Of a DNA stretch of 32,000 nucleotides, positions 1 through 7,971 are shown in pieces; the first letter of the stretch is position 1; every line of letters begins with the position of its first letter. The notes beneath the pieces were generated by a model that was not told the DNA's origin, did not search any database, and saw only the letters and a program-made list of their open reading frames with translations. A program made the translations under genes and the position numbers. The stretch covers positions 90,001 through 122,000 of the forward strand of contig NZ_CP179200.1 in the NCBI RefSeq assembly GCF_051201565.1, read 5' to 3'. The DNA comes from Pseudothioglobus sp. nBUS_23 (GTDB lineage Bacteria; Pseudomonadota; Gammaproteobacteria; PS1; Pseudothioglobaceae).

Positions 1-650
1 CAATCCCAATAGTTAAAGATTCAAGAATTGGTTGGATTAAGAATATTCTATTTAGAGATTTAGATAATGATGGGGACATAGATTTATATCTAAACTCCAT
101 GGATCAAAGCACTAATGGTTCAGTTTTTGTAAATAATGGCGACTTTAACTTTTCATTAATAATGCCACCTGAGGCATACAAGTTATATGGGTCGCTAGCG
201 CAAAATGGCATAATTGAGTCTCTCGTAGATAGAGAAGAAAAAGTAAGTCAGCTTGCTGAACTTAAAAAGAAACAAGAAGAGGAAAAAGCTAAAAGGCTTG
301 CCAAGGATAGGGAAAATAAAAAAAATAATTTTAAATATTCGTCACGAAACTTTAAATCTCAGTTAAAACTATTACAGACTCAAGGTAATTTAGCGGTTTG
401 TAAAGCTATTTTAAAAGAGTTCCATGCTGGTGATTACTACAGCCAAACTAATAAAGAAACTTATTTATTTATCTCCATTGATAGTAATGGCTTGGATTGT
501 CATTATGAATGGTCTAGAAATGAAAACAATGCCCTTAGACGATGTAAGCAAAATAATAAAACAGATGGTAAATGCACAATCTATGCCCTAGGTGATAACA
601 TTGTTTGGGGTGATCCTGAGCTTTATAAGGAATTAACTGGAAGAAAATAG
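1..650 (+). CDS. 3' part of a further FG-GAP/VCBS-type member of the array family (5' end lies left of the window)
   Basis: Frame 3 is open from nt 3, upstream of the track Met at 99: IPIVKDSRIGWIKNILFRDLDNDGDIDLYLNS-MDQSTNGSVFVNNGDFNFSLI. This aligns with the C-terminal part of the 10517..12088 product (ILFNDLDSDGDYDLYLAS..GTVFINNGNFDFTMI). A Lys/Glu-rich helix and a Cys-containing tail follow. Confidence 0.75.
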   Translation, partial: IPIVKDSRIGWIKNILFRDLDNDGDIDLYLNSMDQSTNGSVFVNNGDFNFSLIMPPEAYKLYGSLAQNGIIESLVDREEKVSQLAELKKKQEEEKAKRLAKDRENKKNNFKYSSRNFKSQLKLLQTQGNLAVCKAILKEFHAGDYYSQTNKETYLFISIDSNGLDCHYEWSRNENNALRRCKQNNKTDGKCTIYALGDNIVWGDPELYKELTGRK

Positions 651-725
651 GTGCCATCCTTCGCATATATATACTGACTTTGAAGGTACGGGGGAGCCCC
701 TCTTGGCCTTTCGGATATATGTATA

Positions 726-778
726 CACCCTCCCTCACACATCAAACGAAATTTGGAATTCTATTTGAGCTATAATTT
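726..778 (+). repeat. Array intergenic element, copy 1 (variant B: core + TTCTATTTGAGCTATAATT)
   Basis: Reads CACCCTCCCTCACACATCAAACGAAATTTGGAATTCTATTTGAGCTATAATTT. The core ACATCAAACG lies 67 nt upstream of the ATG at 806. Confidence 0.9.
771..776 (+). promoter_or_regulatory. Candidate -10 box (TATAAT) inside variant-B element
   Basis: Perfect TATAAT 30 nt upstream of the ATG at 806. The same box is conserved at 5994..5999 and 7937..7942. No convincing -35 hexamer was found. Confidence 0.35.
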
Positions 779-805
779 AACTTTCTATTTATCTCATTCT
801 GCTTA

Positions 806-2068
806 ATGAAAAAAATATTATTTATATTTGTTTTGTCTTTGTACTCTATTCAAGGATTGGCCTCATCATGTCCTGATGGAAGCGAACCAGTTAAAAGTAT
901 CTCTGATGATGGCACTTATTTTGTTTTCAATTGCCCTGATCAAGTATCTCCTGATACTGATACTAATAAAGGTCTTATTAAATCTAATGACATTAGCTTT
1001 CCAGGTAAATTTTATACAACAGAAATTAGCGCCTGTAATGCCTTAGTCCCCGTATCTTTTAGCTTGAATTCTTCTATTAATCTTGTTAAAGGTTTAGTTG
1101 GCTATGATTGGCATGCTGATTGGGAGGCAAACAGTAATTCCATGAATGTTTATCATCAAAAAATTACAGAACCAATGAATATGCTAATGGCAGCAACGCA
1201 TAACGCATTGGGAAACGATTATCAAGCTAATATTAGCATAGCTAAAAACTTGTTAATAGAACTGGCTAAAACAGATACCTTGTATGACAGTATTGGCTAT
1301 ATTGAAGTCAGAAAGAAACCTGGTTGCTATGCCGGTGGTGATATAAATGCACCCTGCTGGTACCATGAATATCAATTCGCCAGTAACGTATTTTCAAATT
1401 ACATGATTACTGCATTATGGTTGCGAGATGAACTCAACGAGCAGGAGTTTGAGATTGTAGATAAGTACATCAAAAAGATGTACAAAAAGTTTCTACAGCC
1501 AATAGAACTTCAGGAAGAGGAGCAGGGTTTTTATGCCATGGCTAATGGTGGCACATCAATTCTTGCATACGCATCTTGGACAAATGATAAAGAGCTTGCT
1601 GCAGAAGAAATAAATCACAGGTTTAAAGAAATGGATAGGCTATTCTATGATGATGGCTACATAAACAACAATTCATTCAGAGGATATAGAGGTCAATGGT
1701 ACCACTCTTATGGATTAGATATTGCACTTGGTTACGTCTATATTGCGGAATTATGGGGCGCAGAGATTCCAGACAAACTTCAAAACAAATTAGTTAAAGC
1801 ATCAGAAGTTGTAAACCTAGCTATAACTGATTGGGACAAGTTTAAAAGCAGAAAGTATGACGGCAATCAAAGTAATGCTATTAATGACCCAAATAATGCC
1901 ATAAAGCACACTCACCAAGTCGCAATTGCAATAGACACACTAATGAAAATTGTCACTGGTGTAGAACTCGAGTACGACCCTGTGTACCTTCAAAAAAGAA
2001 AGTACCAAATTGGAAAGTCCAACGGAATAGATGAATTGATTGGATTTCCCCCAAATTGTATTAATTAG
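806..2068 (+). CDS. Array family member: signal peptide + CPDGSEP Cys-loop module + all-alpha alginate-lyase-like (PF05426-like) body
   Basis: N-terminus is MKKILFIFVLSLYSIQGLASS-CPDGSEPVKSISDDGTYFVFNC. The body has segments reminiscent of the alginate_lyase fold (ALGNDYQANISIAKNLLIELAK; ALWLRDELNEQEFEIVDKYIKKM; DDGYINNNSFRGYRGQWYHSYGLDIALGYVYIAELWG). The fold assignment is from memory of the family, not a search. Confidence 0.8.
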   Translation: MKKILFIFVLSLYSIQGLASSCPDGSEPVKSISDDGTYFVFNCPDQVSPDTDTNKGLIKSNDISFPGKFYTTEISACNALVPVSFSLNSSINLVKGLVGYDWHADWEANSNSMNVYHQKITEPMNMLMAATHNALGNDYQANISIAKNLLIELAKTDTLYDSIGYIEVRKKPGCYAGGDINAPCWYHEYQFASNVFSNYMITALWLRDELNEQEFEIVDKYIKKMYKKFLQPIELQEEEQGFYAMANGGTSILAYASWTNDKELAAEEINHRFKEMDRLFYDDGYINNNSFRGYRGQWYHSYGLDIALGYVYIAELWGAEIPDKLQNKLVKASEVVNLAITDWDKFKSRKYDGNQSNAINDPNNAIKHTHQVAIAIDTLMKIVTGVELEYDPVYLQKRKYQIGKSNGIDELIGFPPNCIN

Positions 2069-2090
2069 GCATCAGCGTTAGGACACTCTA

Positions 2091-2140
2091 CTTTCCCTTA
2101 CACATCAAACGAAATTTGGACTTTAGTTCAAGTTGACATA
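2091..2140 (+). repeat. Array intergenic element, copy 2 (variant A: core + CTTTAGTTCAA)
   Basis: Reads CTTTCCCTTACACATCAAACGAAATTTGGACTTTAGTTCAAGTTGACATA. It starts 22 nt after the stop at 2068. Confidence 0.9.
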
Positions 2141-2205
2141 TATCTGATTGTTTAAATTTAGCCATGGTATTCTTAATTGAATCCTAGTTAAACCTTAATA
2201 CTTTT

Positions 2206-3870
2206 ATGAAAAAACTATTCCTTCTCTTAATTCTTTCCTTCTTCTCAGTTCAAAGTTTAGCGGGGTCCTGTCCAGATGGAAGTGAGCCAATCAAGAGTAT
2301 TTCAGAGGACGGCACTTATTTTGTTTTCAACTGCGGTGTTAGCAATGAACAATCATCTTCAAATAGCAACGATTCATCTTCCTCTTCCTCAGTAAAAGCT
2401 GTTAAATTTGAATCATTTGTGGATACTGAGACATCATCAAGTTGTAAAGACCTCGATACAAATTTTTATCGTAAGAGCTCCAATAAGTGCTCAATCATTG
2501 CTGTCCTAGATAGAAAGCCTAAATTTCCAGGCGGACATTGGTTCAAGAATGTTTGGCAAACATCAGGATTGCTTATCCATCGAGTTAATAAAAATGGAAA
2601 TCTTGAAATAGTTGGTAAAGCTGAAAACATTCAAGTAGAGACAAATGAGAAAACAGATCGGCCTGGCCAAATGGAGATTGCAACCATTGAAGTTAATACA
2701 GAAGAGCTTGGCTCAAAATCTGTTGAAGTCATTAAAAACCCAATTGTTGAAATACCAGCCTCTACTATTCGAATGGTCTTGACTGATGTTAATCAAGATG
2801 GCTTAACTGAATTAGTCATTGCAGGTATGCTTGAAGATGGTAGGCATCAGGATTCATCATGGAAGGATGTGAATTATATCTATGACTTTGAGACTGAAAG
2901 CTATACAAAGTTTGGCAAACCAATGTATTCACATGACTTCGTAGCTGGAGATTTAGATGATGATGGCTATGATGATTTTATTGATATATCCTGGGGTGGA
3001 GATCATCAGGGATCGGGGATTGGTGTGTGTAATGGAAAAAGCTTGGAGTGCGTTTATCAGAACCATCCTACAAGACTTCAAACATCTAAAACATCACTTT
3101 CTGTCTATCCTAACAAAAAAGGTGGCATCTTATTTCACAACTGCGATAAGGAGTATTTAAGTTGGTGCTGGTCAGAGGTGACTTACAATAATTGGGGTAT
3201 AGAGTTAAAGCCTTTAGACAAGTATATTGCTAGTAAAAAGCCTGATAAGGAGGAGCTATTTAATAACTGGTCAGGATGGGAGCAAAAAAGAAAAGGATGG
3301 GCAGTGCCTGGATATGAAACGAGCGAAAGATTTAAATTAATCAGCGAATCCTATCGTTCTCATCAATTCGACATGGATGGCGATGGTGACTTTGATACTG
3401 CCACCTGGAAAGAAAATCGACTTTGCAAAAAATCAGCTTCAGAAAAAGTATATCAAATTACCTCCGATTGTAAACCTGTAGGAGAGATGTTTTTCTTTAG
3501 AAATGATAATGGCAAGTTTACTGTTTCGGATAGGCATGAGATTGACCCTGGCGCAACAACGCGCTTATACAGCTTCGACATAAATCAAGATGGCCATATG
3601 GATTTTTATGCCTTTAGAGACGAGTGGAATACATTTGAGTGTAATAATCAAATTAATAATATATTCTTTGGTAATGGCGATGGAACTTTTAGGAGGCCGT
3701 CAGTTAAAGAGCAAAGTGAAATCTTTGGGAACTACGGCTGTGAAATACAATCATATTTCTTCGACTTTGAGGGTGACAGCTATAGAACTTTCTTTACTCA
3801 CAAATACTCAAAGAATTTCTCTGGAAGTAGGGCAGTATATGTTGGTGTGGAGAAACTTGCTAATAATTAA
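2206..3870 (+). CDS. Array family member: signal peptide + Cys-loop module + Ser-rich linker + FG-GAP/VCBS repeat body
   Basis: N-terminus is MKKLFLLLILSFFSVQSLAGS-CPDGSEPIKSISEDGTYFVFNC, then SNEQSSSNSNDSSSSSS. DxDxDG-type repeats are present (LTDVNQDGLTELVIAG, VAGDLDDDGYDDFIDIS, FDMDGDGDFD, FDINQDGHMDFYAF). Confidence 0.85.
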   Translation: MKKLFLLLILSFFSVQSLAGSCPDGSEPIKSISEDGTYFVFNCGVSNEQSSSNSNDSSSSSSVKAVKFESFVDTETSSSCKDLDTNFYRKSSNKCSIIAVLDRKPKFPGGHWFKNVWQTSGLLIHRVNKNGNLEIVGKAENIQVETNEKTDRPGQMEIATIEVNTEELGSKSVEVIKNPIVEIPASTIRMVLTDVNQDGLTELVIAGMLEDGRHQDSSWKDVNYIYDFETESYTKFGKPMYSHDFVAGDLDDDGYDDFIDISWGGDHQGSGIGVCNGKSLECVYQNHPTRLQTSKTSLSVYPNKKGGILFHNCDKEYLSWCWSEVTYNNWGIELKPLDKYIASKKPDKEELFNNWSGWEQKRKGWAVPGYETSERFKLISESYRSHQFDMDGDGDFDTATWKENRLCKKSASEKVYQITSDCKPVGEMFFFRNDNGKFTVSDRHEIDPGATTRLYSFDINQDGHMDFYAFRDEWNTFECNNQINNIFFGNGDGTFRRPSVKEQSEIFGNYGCEIQSYFFDFEGDSYRTFFTHKYSKNFSGSRAVYVGVEKLANN

Positions 3871-3918
3871 ATTAGATTAAAAAAGTTTAATAATTAATTC
3901 ATTGAGGATTGATACTAG

Positions 3919-3970
3919 CCATTCACTTACACATCAAACGTAATTTGGACTTTAGTTCAAATTGAGTCTA
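3919..3970 (+). repeat. Array intergenic element, copy 3 (variant A)
   Basis: Reads CCATTCACTTACACATCAAACGTAATTTGGACTTTAGTTCAAATTGAGTCTA. The core lies 60 nt upstream of the ATG at 3990. Confidence 0.9.
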
Positions 3971-3977
3971 ATTAAGG

Positions 3978-3983
3978 TATAGT
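3978..3983 (+). promoter_or_regulatory. Candidate -10 box (TATAGT) exactly 6 nt upstream of the start codon; possible leaderless transcript
   Basis: The layout is TTCAAA-N16-TATAGT-N6-ATG(3990). The same TATAGT-N6-ATG geometry recurs at 10505..10510 before the ATG at 10517. Confidence 0.3.
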
Positions 3984-3989
3984 TTATGT

Positions 3990-5939
3990 ATGAAAAAACT
4001 ACTCTTATTTTTAATTTTATTTTTCTTTTCAATACAAAGTTATGCAAACTCCTGCCCTGATGGCAGTGACCCAGTTAGGAGTATTTCTGCTGATGGTACT
4101 TATTTCGTCTTTAACTGCAGTAGTAATAGTGAAAATGCTTCTCAGTCCAATAATTCAGCTTCAACTGAGGAAAAAACTCAAATTGAGTGGGTTGATGGTT
4201 TATATGCAAAATCAATAACAGATGAATTCAATGTCTTAAGCAAAGATTTCAGTAAGTCTGTCGAATCTGGGGGTTCAATGATTACACCCCTTGGTTCGGG
4301 TGATTTTTCAGGAGACGGCATGCCTGAAATTGTTTACGGCATACAATATTGGGATTTAAAAAAAGGCTCTCATATTAAGCCAATATTTTTGACAAAAACT
4401 CCTGGCAAGGGTTTTTCTTTGTTTAGACCAATAATGGATATAGTTCCATATACTTGCAATGCTAGAAGTTCGGTCATTGAGGATTTCAATGGAGATGGGG
4501 TCAACGATATTTTCATTGCTGACACTGGAGTTGACTATGATCCATTTCCTGGCTGCCAAAACTCATTAATCTTGAGCGCTCCTAACGGCAAATTTATAAA
4601 TGCTACTTCAAACTTACCACAAATATTAGACTTTACTCATGGAGTTACCAGTGGAGATGTTGACTCAGATGGGGATATTGATTTGTTTGTTACGCAAGCA
4701 GGCATTGACGTTAATGTACCCCATTATTTCTTAAGAAATAATGGCAAAGGTAGATTTACTAAAATTCCAGATGGGCAACTATTAGATAGGGGTCTTTCTT
4801 ATATATCGTGGAAACCTGGTAATAAAAGAAGAAACATTTTCTATACTCCAGGTTTGGAGTTTGTTGATGATGATGACAAGCTTGATTTAATTCTTTTAAG
4901 TGGCAAGCTTGAAGGTGTTGACAACAACAGAATAATTTTTGGTTCGAATTCTGGATTCAAAAAAAGCGATGCCCTTGAACTTCAACCCGGAAGATTTGGC
5001 AGGAAAAGTGCTGGATACAATTATCTCGTAACAGATATTGATAATGATGGTGATAACGATATATTGATACTTCATGTAACCATAAACCTATTGATAGAGC
5101 GGAGTCATCTCGGCATAGATCTTCAAGTTCTTATCCAAGAAAATAATCGAAAATTCGTCGATAAAAGTAATTTTTATTTTCCAGGAATTACCTTTGATTA
5201 TGGAACGTGGAACAAATCGCTTAATTTGATAGATATAAATAATGACGATAAAAATGATATTGTATTGGTTTCTGGTAACGGAATTGACGACCCATCCAAA
5301 CAGCAAATAGGAAGTCAAATTAAAACAAGCCCGCCTAAGGTGTTGATTAGACAAGAGGATGGCTCATTTAGACCTCTAAATAATGATTTACTTACTGGGG
5401 GAGAAAAAAACACTCTTGCAGGTATTCGCCCAATCGATATAGATAATGACGGAGATATAGAATTTGTTGTCCATAAAGGCTCAGAAAAAGGGTTTACTCT
5501 TCAAGTACTCGAGTTAACAACTAATAAAGATGAATCCACGTTGGAGTCCTTTAGACCCACCCATAGCAATCGCTCGTCAGATACAGTTCTAAGTAGCCCG
5601 TTATTTGATGGACGCTATTCTTTTACTATATCACGCTTCAATGAAAATGATGGAAGTCAGCGCCTAGGAAATGGTTATATTGAAATCAACAATGGAATCA
5701 TGACTGTGGCAAAAGAGGGTCGCACTCTAGATAAAAGAATTGGTTCAATAGACTTGTATGATTCATTTAAAGGTCAAATTGATAAGGAAGGCAATATTAT
5801 CAGTTCGCTTAAAATAAATGTCTTGACTGGAAAGACCCATTTATTTTTAGTAGATTTAAATGGGAGTATCGATAGCCCATTACAAGGTGAGTGGGACCAT
5901 TATTTTGACGTGATTTTGAAGTTGGATAAAAAAGAGTAA
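3990..5939 (+). CDS. Array family member: signal peptide + Cys-loop module + FG-GAP/VCBS body + C-terminal FDGRYSF module
   Basis: N-terminus is MKKLLLFLILFFFSIQSYANS-CPDGSDPVRSISADGTYFVFNC, then a Ser/Asn linker. Repeats include FSGDGMPEIVYG, EDFNGDGVNDIFIAD, TSGDVDSDGDIDLFVT, VTDIDNDGDNDILIL, LIDINNDDKNDIVLV and IDIDNDGDIEFVV. The last ~113 aa are homologous to the C-terminus of the 7972..10113 product. Confidence 0.85.
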   Translation: MKKLLLFLILFFFSIQSYANSCPDGSDPVRSISADGTYFVFNCSSNSENASQSNNSASTEEKTQIEWVDGLYAKSITDEFNVLSKDFSKSVESGGSMITPLGSGDFSGDGMPEIVYGIQYWDLKKGSHIKPIFLTKTPGKGFSLFRPIMDIVPYTCNARSSVIEDFNGDGVNDIFIADTGVDYDPFPGCQNSLILSAPNGKFINATSNLPQILDFTHGVTSGDVDSDGDIDLFVTQAGIDVNVPHYFLRNNGKGRFTKIPDGQLLDRGLSYISWKPGNKRRNIFYTPGLEFVDDDDKLDLILLSGKLEGVDNNRIIFGSNSGFKKSDALELQPGRFGRKSAGYNYLVTDIDNDGDNDILILHVTINLLIERSHLGIDLQVLIQENNRKFVDKSNFYFPGITFDYGTWNKSLNLIDINNDDKNDIVLVSGNGIDDPSKQQIGSQIKTSPPKVLIRQEDGSFRPLNNDLLTGGEKNTLAGIRPIDIDNDGDIEFVVHKGSEKGFTLQVLELTTNKDESTLESFRPTHSNRSSDTVLSSPLFDGRYSFTISRFNENDGSQRLGNGYIEINNGIMTVAKEGRTLDKRIGSIDLYDSFKGQIDKEGNIISSLKINVLTGKTHLFLVDLNGSIDSPLQGEWDHYFDVILKLDKKE

Positions 5940-5948
5940 GTCAAAAAC

Positions 5949-6000
5949 CACCCTCCCTCACACATCAAACGAAATTTGGATTTCTATTTGAGCTATAATT
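5949..6000 (+). repeat. Array intergenic element, copy 4 (variant B)
   Basis: Reads CACCCTCCCTCACACATCAAACGAAATTTGGATTTCTATTTGAGCTATAATT. It starts 9 nt after the stop at 5939. TATAAT lies at 5994..5999. Confidence 0.9.
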
Positions 6001-6033
6001 AAATTTTTATCTACAAATCCTCCTTTCTATCTT

Positions 6034-7857
6034 ATGAAAAAAATATTATTTATTTTTGTGCTGTCTTTGTATTCAATTCAAGGATTTGCTTCATCATGCC
6101 CTGATGGCAGTGAGCCAGTAAGGAGTATTTCTGCTGATGGAACTTATTATGTTTTTAGCTGCGAGGGTGGAAACAAAAAAGCATCTTCATCTAATACGAA
6201 TATAAATGTAGGGCCAGTAAGCATTAATATCCACGATGAGTACCATTATAATAATTTTCCTGGACTTGTCAGTTTAGACTTTGCCTTTGCGATTAGAACA
6301 GCCTTTTATGGATATGTCCAAATACCCTTGATTGATGTCAATGATGATGGACACAAAGATTTGATATTTAATTCAGACCCACCTTACGCTGGACCTAATG
6401 TTGAAGTTACACAAAACACTGCGAATTTAGTGGTATCTCCTTGGCTTGAGGAGTGGAAAGAATACGATATGATTGATACACTCGAATCACCAAATACCAC
6501 ATTTGGAAGAGGTGATAACATTCGAGTCGCTGACTTCAATGGTGACGGCAGAATGGATATGGTAATCGCGTCAAGTAGTCTGGGACAAATTGACGGTCGG
6601 TTTGATTATGGAGGCGTAATAGTACTTACAAATACAGGTAAAGGTATATTTACTCCCAAGTATATTGGCAAAAAACAATTCACTCACGCACACGGTGTTG
6701 GCGATGTAGATAGTGACGGTGATATTGATATTATCTATCATCAATTAAATGATAAAAATATTTTGTGTGCTTACAACGACGGCAAAGCAAATTTCACAGT
6801 CAAACCGTGTCTGCGAACACCAATAGATACAATACGAGGATTCATTCAAAATGTTTGGGGTTTTCGTATTGCCGACTATGATAACGACGGATTTAATGAT
6901 GTTCTTGTTTTAGCACACCACGGCCCTAAAAAAACAACCTTCTTTCAACATCAATATCGTAACAACCAACTAAAGAACCCAGGAATATTTTGGGGCAATG
7001 GAAGTGGCCAGTTCTCTTGGAATGATATGACATTTATCGACTTATCTGAATGGAATGATAAACCATTTGACCAAGGTGAAGTTTACTTTGATGGTTCAGG
7101 AGCAAGTCAAACCACAGTAGATATTGGTAATGATGGTGATGTTGATATTGCTATCAATATATTATCCAAGTGGACTGTAGGTAGTGCGGTTGTGTTAGTT
7201 GAAAATTTAGGTAATCGAGAGTTTACGACTAAAGAGATTACTCGTTCAAAGTACCTAAAAGAAGACCCCAAACGTTTTCGCACAATTCAGGACAAACATA
7301 CACAAGCCAGTACTCCTGTTAATTTGCACGAAGGTATCGTTTGGAACCAGGCTTGTATGCCAAAGTTTATTGATTTAAATAGCGACAACATAGATGACAT
7401 GATTTGTGAAGGTATCTCTTATGTTGTTACTAATGAAATTGCAAAAAGTGATTGGGAGAATCATTCACCCGAGCATCAACGAATTACTCCTTTTGCAAAT
7501 ACGAGTGACTGGACTTGGGATTGGAGTATGGGCCAAACTTATTACATCTTAGACGAAGAAAGCAATGTGCTTGATGAAGGTCATATCTTTAACAAGACTA
7601 GAAGTGACTTTTCTAATGAATTCAAACGTGGTGGTTACAAAATCAAAACAGTTGGGTATAGATTTCAGAATGACTCTACTAGTCAAGCACAAATAGCAAC
7701 AGAGATTGCTGCTCAAGAGTTAATGGATGAAATATTAGAGGAAGTTGACGACAAAGTTTCTTTACCTGTTATTAAAGAAAAAACATCAGCAGAGATAGCT
7801 GCTCAAGAGTTAATGGATGAAATATTAGAAGAATTAGAAGCAGAATCTAGTCAGTAA
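6034..7857 (+). CDS. Array family member: signal peptide + Cys-loop module + FG-GAP/VCBS body + acidic helical tail with internal duplication
   Basis: N-terminus is MKKILFIFVLSLYSIQGFASS-CPDGSEPVRSISADGTYYVFSC. Repeats include VADFNGDGRMDMVIAS, GVGDVDSDGDIDIIYH, IADYDNDGFNDVLVLA and VDIGNDGDVDIAINI. The tail carries EIAAQELMDEILEE twice. Confidence 0.85.
   Translation: MKKILFIFVLSLYSIQGFASSCPDGSEPVRSISADGTYYVFSCEGGNKKASSSNTNINVGPVSINIHDEYHYNNFPGLVSLDFAFAIRTAFYGYVQIPLIDVNDDGHKDLIFNSDPPYAGPNVEVTQNTANLVVSPWLEEWKEYDMIDTLESPNTTFGRGDNIRVADFNGDGRMDMVIASSSLGQIDGRFDYGGVIVLTNTGKGIFTPKYIGKKQFTHAHGVGDVDSDGDIDIIYHQLNDKNILCAYNDGKANFTVKPCLRTPIDTIRGFIQNVWGFRIADYDNDGFNDVLVLAHHGPKKTTFFQHQYRNNQLKNPGIFWGNGSGQFSWNDMTFIDLSEWNDKPFDQGEVYFDGSGASQTTVDIGNDGDVDIAINILSKWTVGSAVVLVENLGNREFTTKEITRSKYLKEDPKRFRTIQDKHTQASTPVNLHEGIVWNQACMPKFIDLNSDNIDDMICEGISYVVTNEIAKSDWENHSPEHQRITPFANTSDWTWDWSMGQTYYILDEESNVLDEGHIFNKTRSDFSNEFKRGGYKIKTVGYRFQNDSTSQAQIATEIAAQELMDEILEEVDDKVSLPVIKEKTSAEIAAQELMDEILEELEAESSQ
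7701..7834 (+). repeat. In-frame direct repeat (two ~44-nt copies, period 90 nt) within the acidic tail of the 6034..7857 CDS
   Basis: 7701..7744 (agagattgctgctcaagagttaatggatgaaatattagaggaag) and 7791..7834 (agagatagctgctcaagagttaatggatgaaatattagaagaat) differ at 2 positions in the first 42 by hand alignment. Confidence 0.85.
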
Positions 7858-7892
7858 ATAAAGCCCCTCTCGACCTCGTAGATAGATATATA

Positions 7893-7943
7893 CTTCCTCA
7901 CTTACACATCAAACGAAATTTGAATTCCTTTTGAACTATAATT
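7893..7943 (+). repeat. Array intergenic element, copy 5 (variant B)
   Basis: Reads CTTCCTCACTTACACATCAAACGAAATTTGAATTCCTTTTGAACTATAATTT. TATAAT at 7937..7942 lies 30 nt before the ATG at 7972. The sequence just upstream (7861..7892) is also homologous to 695..725. Confidence 0.9.
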
Positions 7944-7971
7944 TAACTTTCTATTTATCTCATCCTACTTA

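Noticed and set aside
750-770. Sigma-54 type promoter (TGG-N8-TTG) within the element (TGGAATTCTATTTGA).
   Set aside because: The conserved GC of the -12 element is absent. Copy 5 has TGA instead of TGG, and variant A does not keep the spacing.
4941-4950. GGTTCGAATT, resembling a tRNA T-loop.
   Set aside because: It lies in frame inside the 3990..5939 CDS, and no acceptor, D or anticodon arms could be built around it.
828-5354. Short nested or antisense ORFs inside array genes (828..1046, 2957..3160, 3590..3880, 4356..4559, 5088..5354; likewise 10983..11180).
   Set aside because: All lie within longer ORFs that have recognisable repeats and conserved paralogous structure, so they are chance frames in AT-rich DNA.
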